64,000 nt of DNA from Phocaeicola sp. (GTDB taxonomy: Bacteria > Bacteroidota > Bacteroidia > Bacteroidales > Bacteroidaceae): contig JAZRMW010000020.1 in the NCBI GenBank assembly GCA_045647865.1, positions 37,915-101,914 of the forward strand, in the 5' to 3' direction. Position 1 is the stretch's first letter, and every line of letters starts with the position of its first letter. The notes beneath the pieces are model-generated. The model searched no databases. It was not told the origin of the DNA and saw only the letters and a list, made by a program, of their open reading frames with translations. The translations under genes were made by a program, and so were the position numbers. Below are positions 22,051 to 33,042 of the stretch, in pieces.

Positions 22051-23076
22051 ATGAAACATTATACAAACTATTCATTGAAATCCCTCCATACATTTGGTAT
22101 GGATGTGCGTGCGGCTCATTTTGTAGAGTATGAGTCGGAGGAAGAGTTGTTGTCCATGCTCTTCCGTTTGAAAACGGAATGGAGACATCTGCCTTTCCTT
22201 CATATGGGTGGAGGGAGTAACCTGTTGTTTGCCTCTGATTGCTATGAAGGAGTCATTCTTCATTCAGCCATTAAAGGGTGGCAGGTGGAGTTTGAAGATG
22301 ATGAATGCATCCATTTGCGTGTCGGTGCCGGTGTCGTATGGGATGACTTGGTGGCCTTTTGTGTGTCGCAAGGATGGGGAGGTATGGAGAATCTTTCCCT
22401 TATCCCTGGTGAAGTAGGTGCCAGTGCCGTGCAGAACATAGGCGCTTACGGTGTAGAGGTCAAGGACTTGATTGTGTCAGTGGATACAGTTGAGGTGGCA
22501 ACGGGAGACGCTCGTGTGTTCACTTGTGAAGAGTGTGCTTATGCCTATCGACAAAGCATCTTCAAGGGGGAGCTGAAAGGACAGTATATTGTCACTCATG
22601 TAACCTATCGTTTACAGAAGCATCCTGTGTATCAGTTGGATTATGGCAATATCCGTGCCGAATTGGAACGTATGGGGGGTGAACTCTCTTTGGAGCGTGT
22701 TCGCCGGGCTGTCATATCTATCCGTGAAAGCAAATTGCCCGACCCCAAGGTGTTGGGCAATGCAGGCAGTTTCTTCATGAACCCCATTGTGTCTCGTGAA
22801 GTGATGGAACGTATCCGGAAGGATTATCCCCAAATGCCTTACTATGAAGTGGATGCCCATCGTGTCAAAATTCCTGCGGGATGGATGATTGAGCAATGTG
22901 GATGGAAAGGACGTGCCATGGGACACGCTGCTGTACATGACAAACAGGCTCTTGTATTGGTTAATTTAGGAGGAGCGACTGGCCGTGAGGTAATGGCATT
23001 GAGTGAAGCCGTTCGTAGGGATGTGAAAAACAAGTTTGGGGTGGATATTCATCCCGAAGTGAATTTTATCGTATGA
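22051..23076 (+). CDS. murB: UDP-N-acetylmuramate dehydrogenase
   Basis: [43 protein letters not shown]. Confidence 0.96.
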   Translation: MKHYTNYSLKSLHTFGMDVRAAHFVEYESEEELLSMLFRLKTEWRHLPFLHMGGGSNLLFASDCYEGVILHSAIKGWQVEFEDDECIHLRVGAGVVWDDLVAFCVSQGWGGMENLSLIPGEVGASAVQNIGAYGVEVKDLIVSVDTVEVATGDARVFTCEECAYAYRQSIFKGELKGQYIVTHVTYRLQKHPVYQLDYGNIRAELERMGGELSLERVRRAVISIRESKLPDPKVLGNAGSFFMNPIVSREVMERIRKDYPQMPYYEVDAHRVKIPAGWMIEQCGWKGRAMGHAAVHDKQALVLVNLGGATGREVMALSEAVRRDVKNKFGVDIHPEVNFIV

Positions 23077-23837
23077 TGAAGATAACGATACTTGGTAGCG
23101 GTACCTCCACAGGAGTGCCTCAAATAGGATGCCGGTGCAAAGTCTGCACTTCGGATGACCCACGTGACCGCCGTTTGCGTGCATCGGCCATGGTGGAAGT
23201 GGAGGGGGTGCGCATCTTGATTGATTGTGGACCGGACTTCCGCGAACAGATGATTCGATATGATGATTTCCGCCCTATCGACGGCGTATTGCTTACTCAC
23301 GAACATTACGATCATGTGGGTGGAGTGGATGATTTGCGTCCCTATTGTGCTTTTGGTGACATTACACTACACGGCGATGCGTTGACGCTGAACGATATCC
23401 GTACTCGTATGCCCTATTGTTTTCGTGAGAATCTCTATCCGGGGGTGCCACGCATCATGCTGAACGAAGCTTTCCCGCATATGCCTCTATATATAAAAGG
23501 TATAGAAGTAACTCCTCTTCAAGTCATGCACGGCCGTTTGCCAATCCTGGGTTATCGCATCGGACAAATGGCCTATATTACAGACCTCAAGACCCTTCCT
23601 GAAGAAGAGTGGCCGTATTTGGAAAATCTCGATTGCTTGATTGTGAATGCTCTGCGTGTACAACCTCATGATACTCATCAGAGTCTTGATGATGCCTTGG
23701 TTATGGCCTCCCGTGTTGGAGCCAAACAGACATGGTTTATCCACATGAGTCATCAAATAGGTCTTCATGCAGAGGTGGAAAAAATCCTTCCTCCCCATAT
23801 CCATCTTGCTTATGATGGGGTACAGATTGAGGTGTAG
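23073..23837 (+). CDS. MBL-fold metallohydrolase (PhnP-like)
   Basis: [15 protein letters not shown]; [10 protein letters not shown]. Confidence 0.9.
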   Translation: MMKITILGSGTSTGVPQIGCRCKVCTSDDPRDRRLRASAMVEVEGVRILIDCGPDFREQMIRYDDFRPIDGVLLTHEHYDHVGGVDDLRPYCAFGDITLHGDALTLNDIRTRMPYCFRENLYPGVPRIMLNEAFPHMPLYIKGIEVTPLQVMHGRLPILGYRIGQMAYITDLKTLPEEEWPYLENLDCLIVNALRVQPHDTHQSLDDALVMASRVGAKQTWFIHMSHQIGLHAEVEKILPPHIHLAYDGVQIEV

Positions 23838-23887
23838 GTTGTATGAAAGGAAGCAAAACGAATTTATAAACCCTCTTTTTTTTTTAA

Positions 23888-24040
23888 ATGAAGGTGTTTC
23901 AGAATCAACTTTTTAGACGCAGATGACGCGGATTTATTTTGATTTATTATACCCGATAGATTATAATTTATCCGTGTTATCCGCGTCATCCGCGTCTAAA
24001 AAATGAGATGAGGGCGTTTCGACACCGTCTCATTCTTTTT
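23888..24040. repeat. Nonamer-family palindrome plus terminator-like hairpin at the island border
   Basis: 24-bp arms at 23910-23933 and 23979-24002 (1 mismatch); aatgagatg...cgtctcatt followed by a T run at 24002-24041, between convergent genes. Confidence 0.75.
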
Positions 24041-24055
24041 TATGAGCAGAGTTGC

Positions 24056-25909
24056 TTATTTTTCTGTTGGGTTATTGTTTACATCTTGTTTATAGACAAT
24101 ACCTTTATTCAGAATACAAGTTTTGTCATTGAATATATCATAGAACTCGATATCGGGATTATCCGTTCTGATTCCATGTAGGAGATAGGTATTACCGAAT
24201 GCTTCATCCATAATTGTTCCGACCTTTTGAGGTAGGTAAATCTGTTGTAACGAATGGCAGTCCCAAAAGGCTCTTTTCCCAATGAATTGTATCGTATTGG
24301 GTAATAAAATGGTTTTTAGATTATCACAACCAGAGAACATCTTTGCGCCAATTTCATTTTTTCTGATGGGGTAGTTGATGTAATACTTCCCTTCCGATTG
24401 AGTGAGATACCCTCCATTGACAATAGGTTTCTCTGCTTGCAACCAATTCCATTGTGCAGAAGAAATGTTGGTGAAATCAATTTTCTGATTTTTATACCGA
24501 ATTGTATATCCTATATCCTTGGCATTCTCTTTGAGATAGGACTCTTTTTTTCGGTCTTCTTTTAGGGTTACATTCCTTAAGTCTATGTGACATAAAGATC
24601 CTCTCTGTTTGAAAAAGTTCTGGTCATCAACAGCTCCAGCCATGCGACGAATGAGTCTGATGTCTTTGGCATTCAATTCCCCTTCGATAACTAATGTATG
24701 CAAGTGGATTTTCTCGTAATCGGTCAGTAAAGATTCTAGTGTTCCAGCTTCTTTGACTATAACCTTTTTGCCCATATTCGCATGCTTATCCGGTTCGATA
24801 CCAATGACCATATCATTATAGAGTAGGGGGTATTCATCCATTCCCGGGATGATGATGGCGCGATAGAACCCATTACAGTATCCGTCCCATCCGAGATTGA
24901 AATGCAGGAATTCTCCATCGTATCCGTCACAAACAAACGCGTGGCCTTCATTGCTGACAATGATAGGGCGTTTTTCGTCCAATTCTCTATAGGTCAATCC
25001 CAAGATGTATTCGGGTGATTGGGTGATTACTTTGCGTGTTCGATTTCCAGGAGTAATATAGTTTATGTGATCCTTTACATAAGTACACGTTGGAGCATAT
25101 CCGAAAAAGTTGATTAATGCCATTTTGATGTAATCACAGTTGGCACCGGTTGCGAATCTTCCGAAATCGGCTCCTACAGACAATCCTGCCGCGGCCATCA
25201 GTTTGGCAACAGATGTGATGCTTGCTGTATCTTTGGTGTATCTGTTATAAGAATCCTTCATTAGTGACCAATTGAATGTCAGGTTGTTGAAGTTTTGTGC
25301 CAATACATCTCCACTTTTGGTCTCGTAGGCGTATATACCCTCTCCCTTTTTCGGATGTTGGTGGTATCGCATGACTTGACACATGGCGACAGGTACACAA
25401 CCGACCAAGTGCTTTTCATTTTCTACTTGGCCTGATTGATTCCGGAAATAGAGATTGTTGTAAGGAGTATCCTGTCCCCAATTCGTTTGTCCCAATAATG
25501 GGGCTACTCGTTGTCTTTTCGGAGTGTATGGAAGCCTGTTTTGCTTTAATTGCAATCGCTTCTCATAGAGATAATTCAGCGAGTGTTTATATGCATCAAT
25601 CAACTCAAAGAAATTACCTCCTACATAATTGGCCAATCCTCCTTCGAATCCGTAAGCAAGAATGGGATTTACTAAATTGGGGTGGTATTTCTCGGTTGCA
25701 ATAAGCACAAAAATCTGACGATCCTTGCTGTTGAATAACAGGTATTCAGGTTTGGCTGTTGTTAATTGCATTTGACAACTGTCTGCTGATATTCCTTTTC
25801 CTTTCAGAAAATTACGCACTACTTGGGCTTCTTTGACGTATGATTGTGCGTATCCGGATGTTCCGATGAAAAAGATGCATAAAAGTACTGAAACGATATA
25901 TTTATTCAT
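24056..25909 (-). CDS. Peptidase C10 (streptopain-like) with C-terminal BspA-type leucine-rich repeats
   Basis: Signal peptide; WGQDTPYN, VGCVPVAMCQ (catalytic Cys), GHAFVCDGY (His), HFNLGW; L..I.LP..I..IG..AF repeats. Confidence 0.9.
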   Translation of the reverse strand: MNKYIVSVLLCIFFIGTSGYAQSYVKEAQVVRNFLKGKGISADSCQMQLTTAKPEYLLFNSKDRQIFVLIATEKYHPNLVNPILAYGFEGGLANYVGGNFFELIDAYKHSLNYLYEKRLQLKQNRLPYTPKRQRVAPLLGQTNWGQDTPYNNLYFRNQSGQVENEKHLVGCVPVAMCQVMRYHQHPKKGEGIYAYETKSGDVLAQNFNNLTFNWSLMKDSYNRYTKDTASITSVAKLMAAAGLSVGADFGRFATGANCDYIKMALINFFGYAPTCTYVKDHINYITPGNRTRKVITQSPEYILGLTYRELDEKRPIIVSNEGHAFVCDGYDGEFLHFNLGWDGYCNGFYRAIIIPGMDEYPLLYNDMVIGIEPDKHANMGKKVIVKEAGTLESLLTDYEKIHLHTLVIEGELNAKDIRLIRRMAGAVDDQNFFKQRGSLCHIDLRNVTLKEDRKKESYLKENAKDIGYTIRYKNQKIDFTNISSAQWNWLQAEKPIVNGGYLTQSEGKYYINYPIRKNEIGAKMFSGCDNLKTILLPNTIQFIGKRAFWDCHSLQQIYLPQKVGTIMDEAFGNTYLLHGIRTDNPDIEFYDIFNDKTCILNKGIVYKQDVNNNPTEK

Positions 25910-25913
25910 TATC

Positions 25914-27437
25914 TTATTCGTTTAATTTCATAGATTGCCATGAGTCTTTCAGTGCCGAAGAGATGGATACTGTAGGTCTTTGTAACTTCTCATTGACTTG
26001 TACAGATTCCAATCTGACATTATCTTTCACATAGTTTATCAGTTCTTTCAATGTGACATCTCCTTTCGTCTCTTTGATTTTCTTCAGCAAGAAATAGGTA
26101 AATAAACCGTGTTCCTTTTCTTGATAGGGTAATGCGGTTTCATCTTCTGAGGCCGCACTGAATACAATCATATTTCCTTTGGGAGCAATCTGTTTGGGTT
26201 TGATGACTACACCACGTCCTTCTACAACCATACCACCATCGCGTTTGGCCCCAGAAAAACAGGCATCCATGAATACCATGACTGATTTTACATTCAGTTC
26301 TTCCAACTCACGGTACAGGTCACGCAGCGAATAGCAAGCCCTGAACTGTTTTCCGTTGGAATCGATTGGTAATAGATAGACTTCACGACCGGTGGCATCA
26401 GGTACTCCATGACCGGCATAATAAAGAATCACCTTCATGTCTCCTCTGCGTGCTTCTGAAAGTTGCTTGAGTTTTTCCATGGTGCTGACCATCGTTCCAT
26501 AAGAAGCATCAGAAATGTGCATGATATTCTTTTCAGGTACCCCCAATGTCTTTTGGCAGTATTCGGCAAAAATATCCCCATCTTTCAATGCATAAGGGAC
26601 TTTGGATACCATGTTGTAGTTCTCATTGGAAATGATGACTACGTACGTTTCTTTATTTTCTATTTCAACTTCGGGAATGTAATAATCCACATCATAGATG
26701 AGTGTTTTCTGGATTTTAAGTAACTGCTCATCATTCGGATTGGCTGTTAATGCAATATCCAAATACTGTTTTAACTTTTTAGTGTCCTCAAGTTTCACAC
26801 AGTTGTTGATTGCCATAGACAAGAATTTGGCATTGGATGGATACTGTTTCGTGATTTCATCAAGCAGTTTCTGTGCAGATTCATAATCTTCAACATTCAT
26901 ATACGATTGTATAAGATACGAATACAGATTCTCCTGATGCTGGATGTTTTCTCCTAATTCCAAGCAGAGATTGATGTATCCAATCGCATGGGAATAATCT
27001 TTGGCCTTATATGTTTCCATCGCAGCATATTGAATCATATACATGGTCAAGTTGTCCTGCGTGGTCATCGTATCTTTGACAAAGATTTCCGACAGAAGAA
27101 CATCACAATGCACTTTGGCAACGGCCAAAGCCAATTCTTTATCATTCTTCTTGTAGTAATGTTCAAATGCTTTCCGACAGAAAGGGAACAGGTTGCTCAC
27201 AATCTTTTTGGCTTGTGTATGTGCCTGGGAATTGGGTTCGGTATTCGACATCACTGCAATATAATCTTCAATACATTGGCAATACGTAGCACATATCAGA
27301 GAATCTTCTCCTTGGTGCCTACTCAATTCCTGGAATTGTTTTAAACTTGCCTCTGCCTTTTCCAATGTTTGTGCAGATACTTGGTTACTCATCCATGTAC
27401 CAACAAAAAGTAACAAAAATATTCTCCAATTTTTCAT
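25914..27437 (-). CDS. Exported TPR + caspase-like (peptidase C14) protein
   Basis: Signal peptide; helical TPR-like region; YYAGHG and MDACFSG dyad; HGLFTYFLL. Confidence 0.9.
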   Translation of the reverse strand: MKNWRIFLLLFVGTWMSNQVSAQTLEKAEASLKQFQELSRHQGEDSLICATYCQCIEDYIAVMSNTEPNSQAHTQAKKIVSNLFPFCRKAFEHYYKKNDKELALAVAKVHCDVLLSEIFVKDTMTTQDNLTMYMIQYAAMETYKAKDYSHAIGYINLCLELGENIQHQENLYSYLIQSYMNVEDYESAQKLLDEITKQYPSNAKFLSMAINNCVKLEDTKKLKQYLDIALTANPNDEQLLKIQKTLIYDVDYYIPEVEIENKETYVVIISNENYNMVSKVPYALKDGDIFAEYCQKTLGVPEKNIMHISDASYGTMVSTMEKLKQLSEARRGDMKVILYYAGHGVPDATGREVYLLPIDSNGKQFRACYSLRDLYRELEELNVKSVMVFMDACFSGAKRDGGMVVEGRGVVIKPKQIAPKGNMIVFSAASEDETALPYQEKEHGLFTYFLLKKIKETKGDVTLKELINYVKDNVRLESVQVNEKLQRPTVSISSALKDSWQSMKLNE

Positions 27438-27498
27438 ACGATTATTTTTTAGATTATTGAAGTTTCCAAACAGGTTTCCTTAGAATGTTGAAGAGCAT

Positions 27499-29064
27499 TT
27501 ATCTGTCATAAATCAAGTCACCGGGTGTTTGACGAAGCAGACGGGTCATGACGATATGTACCGTAGCAATGGTTGCTACCACAATGACCACAATGGCCCA
27601 CATGGTTTTTGCATTCCATAGGTATAAGTAATTGAATTCTCCATCCTTGAGGAGACCTAATACCGGGAGCAGAAGTTCTATCAACCAGGTGATACCCAAA
27701 GCAACACATACGGCAGACAATATCATGGCCAAAAGAATCAGAACATAGACATTGATCAGTTCCGAAGAATTGATTCCGAAAGCCTTGAATGTTCCCATAT
27801 TTCGCTTCACCTTCTGGAAATAACTCTGCAACATGTTTACCACAAACATGATGATACAAATCAAAGCAAAAACAATCATTGCCCATGACAAAATATTGGC
27901 CATCACACTCACTGCATTGAAATTCTCCTTGGAGGCGACTTGGGTCATATCGACTTGAATTCCAAAGTTTGTTTTAGCATAATTCTCGAATGCTCGAATT
28001 GAATCTAAAGAGGCAAAGTTGACAGAAAGACATCTGCGGTCATGTATAGGAAAATCTTTCATGTTGTAATCATAAAGGCGTATTACCTGATTTCCTAATG
28101 AGTTTTTGATTTTACTTTCTAAAGAAATGCATTCTGATAGTGGTAAATGATATATACGAACAAATGTACCTTTTTTCCATGGTTCAAGATGACTTACGAC
28201 ATTTCTATCATCGTTACCCATTTCCCATGTACGAATGATTGTTTGTGAAAAAGAATCAGGTAAAAGTGTACGGATATACTCTACAAAATTATTTGCATGT
28301 TCTACATCGCCTTCTACAAAATAAAGCATTTTTTCAATGTAATCTTTGGATATACTTAATGCCCAGTTGTTTCCATTGTATTTTTCATAAAAACATTGAG
28401 TTCCTATAACATCTTTATTCATTGGTAAACGACGAACTACAGCCAATAAAGGAATTGGAACAGGGGAAAATTTTCCTTCAACTAAATCTATTCCTAATGT
28501 ATCAGCTCCTTCGCTGTTAGATTGGAAGTAAATGAAAGATGGAATAGAGTCAAGTGAATATCCTAATCTAAGCAATATATCTTTGGTGATGATAATCCCT
28601 AAACTTTTGTTTTTTAGCAAATCTTTAGGAATAACACAGTTTTCGACTACATTGTCTTCATCAAGTATGGCGTCCATTATAGGAGCATCCATCTTTTCAA
28701 AGAAACGCCAATCCAAATAATGTCGGTCTTTGCAATCTGCAGTAAAAAGAGAATAAGAATAATAGTTGTCTCCTTGGACTTCTGAAATTTTATATTGTTG
28801 ACGAAGGTTTTCATCGGAAAGTTCATTGTATAATTGTTTAAAACTTTCAATTTCATGCTCGTCCTCTTCTTTCTCAATATTCAGCCAATTGGTGAAAGGA
28901 TCATTCATTTTGTCAGACAGATAAAGCATACTGCCATTGCTAAAGGAAATGGATACAAAGGTTGCTACCAATACAATGACCAATAGCCACAGATTTACAA
29001 AGCGAGGACCCAATACCACTCTGTACTCGCGTTTTGCCAATAAATTCAGATATTCTTTTGCCAT
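27499..29064 (-). CDS. MacB/FtsX-type ABC permease with a large periplasmic domain
   Basis: One N-terminal TM, ~340-aa extracytoplasmic loop, three C-terminal TMs with ...RNMGTFKAFG; start MAKEY at 29064. Confidence 0.85.
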   Translation of the reverse strand: MAKEYLNLLAKREYRVVLGPRFVNLWLLVIVLVATFVSISFSNGSMLYLSDKMNDPFTNWLNIEKEEDEHEIESFKQLYNELSDENLRQQYKISEVQGDNYYSYSLFTADCKDRHYLDWRFFEKMDAPIMDAILDEDNVVENCVIPKDLLKNKSLGIIITKDILLRLGYSLDSIPSFIYFQSNSEGADTLGIDLVEGKFSPVPIPLLAVVRRLPMNKDVIGTQCFYEKYNGNNWALSISKDYIEKMLYFVEGDVEHANNFVEYIRTLLPDSFSQTIIRTWEMGNDDRNVVSHLEPWKKGTFVRIYHLPLSECISLESKIKNSLGNQVIRLYDYNMKDFPIHDRRCLSVNFASLDSIRAFENYAKTNFGIQVDMTQVASKENFNAVSVMANILSWAMIVFALICIIMFVVNMLQSYFQKVKRNMGTFKAFGINSSELINVYVLILLAMILSAVCVALGITWLIELLLPVLGLLKDGEFNYLYLWNAKTMWAIVVIVVATIATVHIVMTRLLRQTPGDLIYDR

Positions 29065-29066
29065 AC

Positions 29067-29942
29067 TTATTTCTTTCTTAAATACAATTCCAAGGCATCT
29101 GATGTATAGATGTCTGTACCATTGCTCCAATGCTGACGTGTTTCTCCCTCGGGAATGAATACACAGGTTTTATCTATTACTCCATACATCACATCTTCGT
29201 CCAAATCGTGTTTTTTGGGACGAATCTCTTTCCGAATCTTGATAATGACATCCGCAAAGGTGATGGCCAAATGCATGTCGTGTGACACAATGATGGCCGA
29301 AGCTCCCTGTTGTTCTTCCAATTTGTCGGAAAGAATCTGCATAACGCGTACTGCATTCTCGGCATCCAAGTTTCCTGTAGGTTCGTCGCCAAACAATACG
29401 GTGAAGTCGGGGAGGATAGCACGTGCAAATGCCAAACGTTGTTGCTGACCTCCAGAAAGTTCTTGAGCCATGCGATCTTCATCAATGTGGTCAAGTCCCA
29501 ATTCTGCTAACACCTTGCGTGCCCGTTTGAAGCAGGAGTATTGGGTATAACCTTGCAGCATACGGGTGAATGAGATATTCTCGAAAGCCGTAAAGTTACG
29601 CATCAAGTTGGTGCTTTGGAAAATGAAACTGTAATGTTTCAGTCGGAAATTCGACAAAACCTTTTCATCGTTCTTCCGCCACAACTCTGCCAAATCTACG
29701 GATGCGCCCTTTTCATCGTAAAACAAGATGTGAGCTTTGTCATCGGGAACAATGGTATTGTTCATTAGTCCGACAGTTTCCAAAATGGTACTTTTGCCGA
29801 TACCCGATTCCCCCACAATAAAAATCCTTTTTCCACGAGGAATCTCCAAGTGGTTTATTTCCAAAACCACTTTAGAGATGCCTTCTTGGTATGCTTTATC
29901 GTAGGAACAACGTAAGTTCTTTATTTCAAATAATAGTTTCAT
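29067..29942 (-). CDS. ABC ATPase, LolD/MacB-like
   Basis: GESGIGKST, LSGGQQQR, DEPTGNLD, SHD. Confidence 0.92.
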   Translation of the reverse strand: MKLLFEIKNLRCSYDKAYQEGISKVVLEINHLEIPRGKRIFIVGESGIGKSTILETVGLMNNTIVPDDKAHILFYDEKGASVDLAELWRKNDEKVLSNFRLKHYSFIFQSTNLMRNFTAFENISFTRMLQGYTQYSCFKRARKVLAELGLDHIDEDRMAQELSGGQQQRLAFARAILPDFTVLFGDEPTGNLDAENAVRVMQILSDKLEEQQGASAIIVSHDMHLAITFADVIIKIRKEIRPKKHDLDEDVMYGVIDKTCVFIPEGETRQHWSNGTDIYTSDALELYLRKK

Positions 29943-29956
29943 GTATTTATATTCTA

Positions 29957-32338
29957 TTAAGGAAGTTGTTCTACGGGAATCCAATAATATATGTTTTCAT
30001 CGGATTTGTGAACAAAAGGATAATTGGGTTTTCGGCGAATATTTTCCAAATCTACATATTTATCTGCAAATGCCGTAACTAAATTAATAAAATCTTTTTC
30101 TGAAACAGTTTTAGGATCTCCTAATTCTCCTAATGTATAACTATTTAAAGAACGACTTTTAGCGTTTAATCCAGTGATTAAGTTCATTATATCCCCTGTT
30201 GACATATTATCCATGTTTTCTATATCAGGAAGCATTCCTTGTACAATACCTTTTAATCCTGATATATAAAGTTTCCTATCGCATCTTTTTGCATGTTTGT
30301 AAACGGGTTGTAATGTTGATAATAATTTATCAAATTCTTTGTCAGAAATAAATAAAACATTATTCCAATATTCAGTGCCGTTTGGTGCTTTAGTAGGCGT
30401 CGTACCTGTTAAAGCTACAAAACTTTTGATTGATTTTAGACGTTCTGCTTTTTCACGTCCAAAACGAGCAATTACATATGCTTCATTTAACTTTGCATTT
30501 TCATCACTCGCAGAAGATCTTGCGTAGTTAGCAACTGCTGCACGCTGTTGACCTATTGCAGATGCAAATTCACTGATACTAGATGTCATCAATAATGTTA
30601 ATTTGTTTTCGGGCATCGGAAAACCATAATTAGCAGGTTGACGAAGTGAAGCTATAAAGAATTGTTGATTATAACCTAATGTCTTGATATCAAGTCCATC
30701 TGTGCTTGGTTCCCATTGAACCTTTACTTTTACATCCTGTACAGCATTTAATTTGTCATATTGCTTTTTTGCATTATTTAACTGGAAATATCCCATCTGT
30801 TTCGTAAAAGAATTCCAAGCATCTCCATTTTCACGTCTAACTTGAAAAGTCATTAAACTGATATTATTGTCTACTAATTTATCTACAATCTCATCACGCG
30901 TCAAACATTGGGTATCATTTTCATCATTTCCACAATCGCCAACGACTAACATCAAATTACTTTCATCTTTTTGATATCCCATTTGAATATTGTCCAATGC
31001 CACTTCCAATCCTTTGTACAAGGCTTCTTCTCTGGTACGATCGGCCTTTGCACTTTGTACTCCATATTCTCCTCCCTTATCTAAAAATTCAGTTAAGAGA
31101 GGATCGTTTACATCAGTAATAGGTAAATGTTCAGTTACATGAACTCCATCTGTATAATCACGATATATAACCACACCAACTTTTGCTTGGTATTTGTTCT
31201 GTTCTGAATCTAATCCTAAAGATTCACAGCCTTCTTTTATAGCTTCTTTGACAGCAGCGAAATATGGCTTCATAGATTGAGTACCATCAATTACAATAAT
31301 TAAATTCAGGTGACTCATTTTTTCTAATTCTTTCTCTTCAGCTATCTTTGTTTCATCAATGTTTTCAGCTGCATCTTCTAAAGAGACTTCACCTCTGGTT
31401 AAACCAAATGCTGTACATTTGATAGAATCATCAGAAATCTCTAAAATGGGGTATCGCAAGACGGTTGTAGGTATTCTGTATTTGTCTCTTTCTGAGTGAT
31501 TTTTATAAGTTCTATTTCCAAATCCAAAGGAAAGGATGGAAGAACCTCTATCCATGATACTTACAGAAGCTCCTTTTAACTTATTCTCGACAATATTCAC
31601 TTTCCAATTAGGCTCAATACACGAACGTTGGTTCCATGGAATGTATGTTTCATTATCTACCCACCCAAATAATGGGTCGCCAACCATACCTCCTATATTA
31701 GCTTCTAGAGCTAACAACACTCTTCCATCGCTTCGCTTTTTCATGATATAATAAAATGTCATACCAGTTGCCGTGTACTCACCATTTTTGTCATCAGGAT
31801 TTTTAAATAGTTTTCCTTCATTCTCAGTGTTACGGTTCATGGCATCCATATTAAAAACAATAAGTGCTTTTTTATAGATGCCTGTATCATCAGTTGGGCA
31901 ACGATTCCATAATAATAAATGATCCATAGGAACCCAACCTATAAAAACTGCATCCTCAGAAATTAGAGGCCAAGTAAGATGGCTTTTTTCTTCTTTATAA
32001 ACTAAAGCAAATCCATTTTCAATTTTTGCGATACGTACTTTCTCGCCCAATCTTAGTTTTATACTTGATGGAAGTGAATTTAGTCGCGGTTCTCCATATA
32101 CTTTGTTATTTTCACGGTCGCTATATACTTCCCAATACAACTTTTTGTCTTTTTCCAATTTGGAATCTTGACCATAAATCTTTGATTTGGCAAGTTGGAT
32201 AACATCTGATTCCTTGATTAATTCTTGCTTAAGAATTTCAGGCATGAAAACTTCGCATTGGTTAACTCGTAATTCAGCTGCAAACAATACAACAAAACTG
32301 AATATGCTAAATACTAAAAATATGAATCTCTTTATCAT
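29957..32338 (-). CDS. Secreted vWA-domain protein, TssR-like
   Basis: Signal peptide; WEVYSDRENN and GWV motifs; MIDAS-like IVIDGTQSM, VIYRDY, VVGDCGN. TssR resemblance is from recall, not a search. Confidence 0.65.
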   Translation of the reverse strand: MIKRFIFLVFSIFSFVVLFAAELRVNQCEVFMPEILKQELIKESDVIQLAKSKIYGQDSKLEKDKKLYWEVYSDRENNKVYGEPRLNSLPSSIKLRLGEKVRIAKIENGFALVYKEEKSHLTWPLISEDAVFIGWVPMDHLLLWNRCPTDDTGIYKKALIVFNMDAMNRNTENEGKLFKNPDDKNGEYTATGMTFYYIMKKRSDGRVLLALEANIGGMVGDPLFGWVDNETYIPWNQRSCIEPNWKVNIVENKLKGASVSIMDRGSSILSFGFGNRTYKNHSERDKYRIPTTVLRYPILEISDDSIKCTAFGLTRGEVSLEDAAENIDETKIAEEKELEKMSHLNLIIVIDGTQSMKPYFAAVKEAIKEGCESLGLDSEQNKYQAKVGVVIYRDYTDGVHVTEHLPITDVNDPLLTEFLDKGGEYGVQSAKADRTREEALYKGLEVALDNIQMGYQKDESNLMLVVGDCGNDENDTQCLTRDEIVDKLVDNNISLMTFQVRRENGDAWNSFTKQMGYFQLNNAKKQYDKLNAVQDVKVKVQWEPSTDGLDIKTLGYNQQFFIASLRQPANYGFPMPENKLTLLMTSSISEFASAIGQQRAAVANYARSSASDENAKLNEAYVIARFGREKAERLKSIKSFVALTGTTPTKAPNGTEYWNNVLFISDKEFDKLLSTLQPVYKHAKRCDRKLYISGLKGIVQGMLPDIENMDNMSTGDIMNLITGLNAKSRSLNSYTLGELGDPKTVSEKDFINLVTAFADKYVDLENIRRKPNYPFVHKSDENIYYWIPVEQLP

Positions 32339-32358
32339 GTTAAATCTTTTTACGGTTA

Positions 32359-33036
32359 TTAATATTCATCATCACTCTCTAATAATAATGGCCTAAAGTC
32401 TTTATTTATTTCTCCCCAATTTCTTTCTCCAAAATATAATTCTTCATTTTCAAGTCTCTTATGAAGTTTTTCACTACACCATACACGCCATTCGAATTCA
32501 AAATCGTTTTTAAAGCGATCTAAGCCTAAAACCCAATATAGTTTTGCGATTAAAGATTCATTGTAACCATTTACCCAAAATTCATTGTCAACATAAAAAT
32601 TGAATTTTATTTTTTCATATTTCAAATGGCCTGTTTCATTCAGAAAGTCATATTGATTAAGAATCTTAATGATTGAATCTACATCTGAATCTGGTTCGAC
32701 TCTATAATCTGTCTTATTCAATTCACTTAACCATTCTTCAATTTTTTCTTGATTATCATTTGATAAATTCTCATCTGCATCCAAATTTACTGTTACTATT
32801 TTGGGGGAATATCCTTTTGCCAAATAAAATATGCATGCATCCACTTCTGTTGCTTCATATTCTGAAACCTTAGTGTAATAAAGATCATGCAGTTTATTTA
32901 TTAATGTAGCTATGGGGGTATCCATATTGTGTGCTACATATATAAACTCAAAAGTCTTTATTTTTTTTTGTGCAAAAAGAAGACTATCGCTAAATAATGA
33001 CGATGATAACAATAATAATAAAAATACCTTTTTCAT
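32359..33036 (-). CDS. Exported hypothetical protein
   Basis: 225-aa ORF with signal peptide, tightly packed in the cluster. Confidence 0.75.
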   Translation of the reverse strand: MKKVFLLLLLSSSLFSDSLLFAQKKIKTFEFIYVAHNMDTPIATLINKLHDLYYTKVSEYEATEVDACIFYLAKGYSPKIVTVNLDADENLSNDNQEKIEEWLSELNKTDYRVEPDSDVDSIIKILNQYDFLNETGHLKYEKIKFNFYVDNEFWVNGYNESLIAKLYWVLGLDRFKNDFEFEWRVWCSEKLHKRLENEELYFGERNWGEINKDFRPLLLESDDEY

Positions 33037-33042
33037 TGCTAT

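Noticed and set aside
32961-32969. A9 tract near the 5' end of the 225-aa gene as a phase switch
   Set aside because: In frame, encodes Gln/Lys/Ile codons in very AT-rich DNA, so expected by chance
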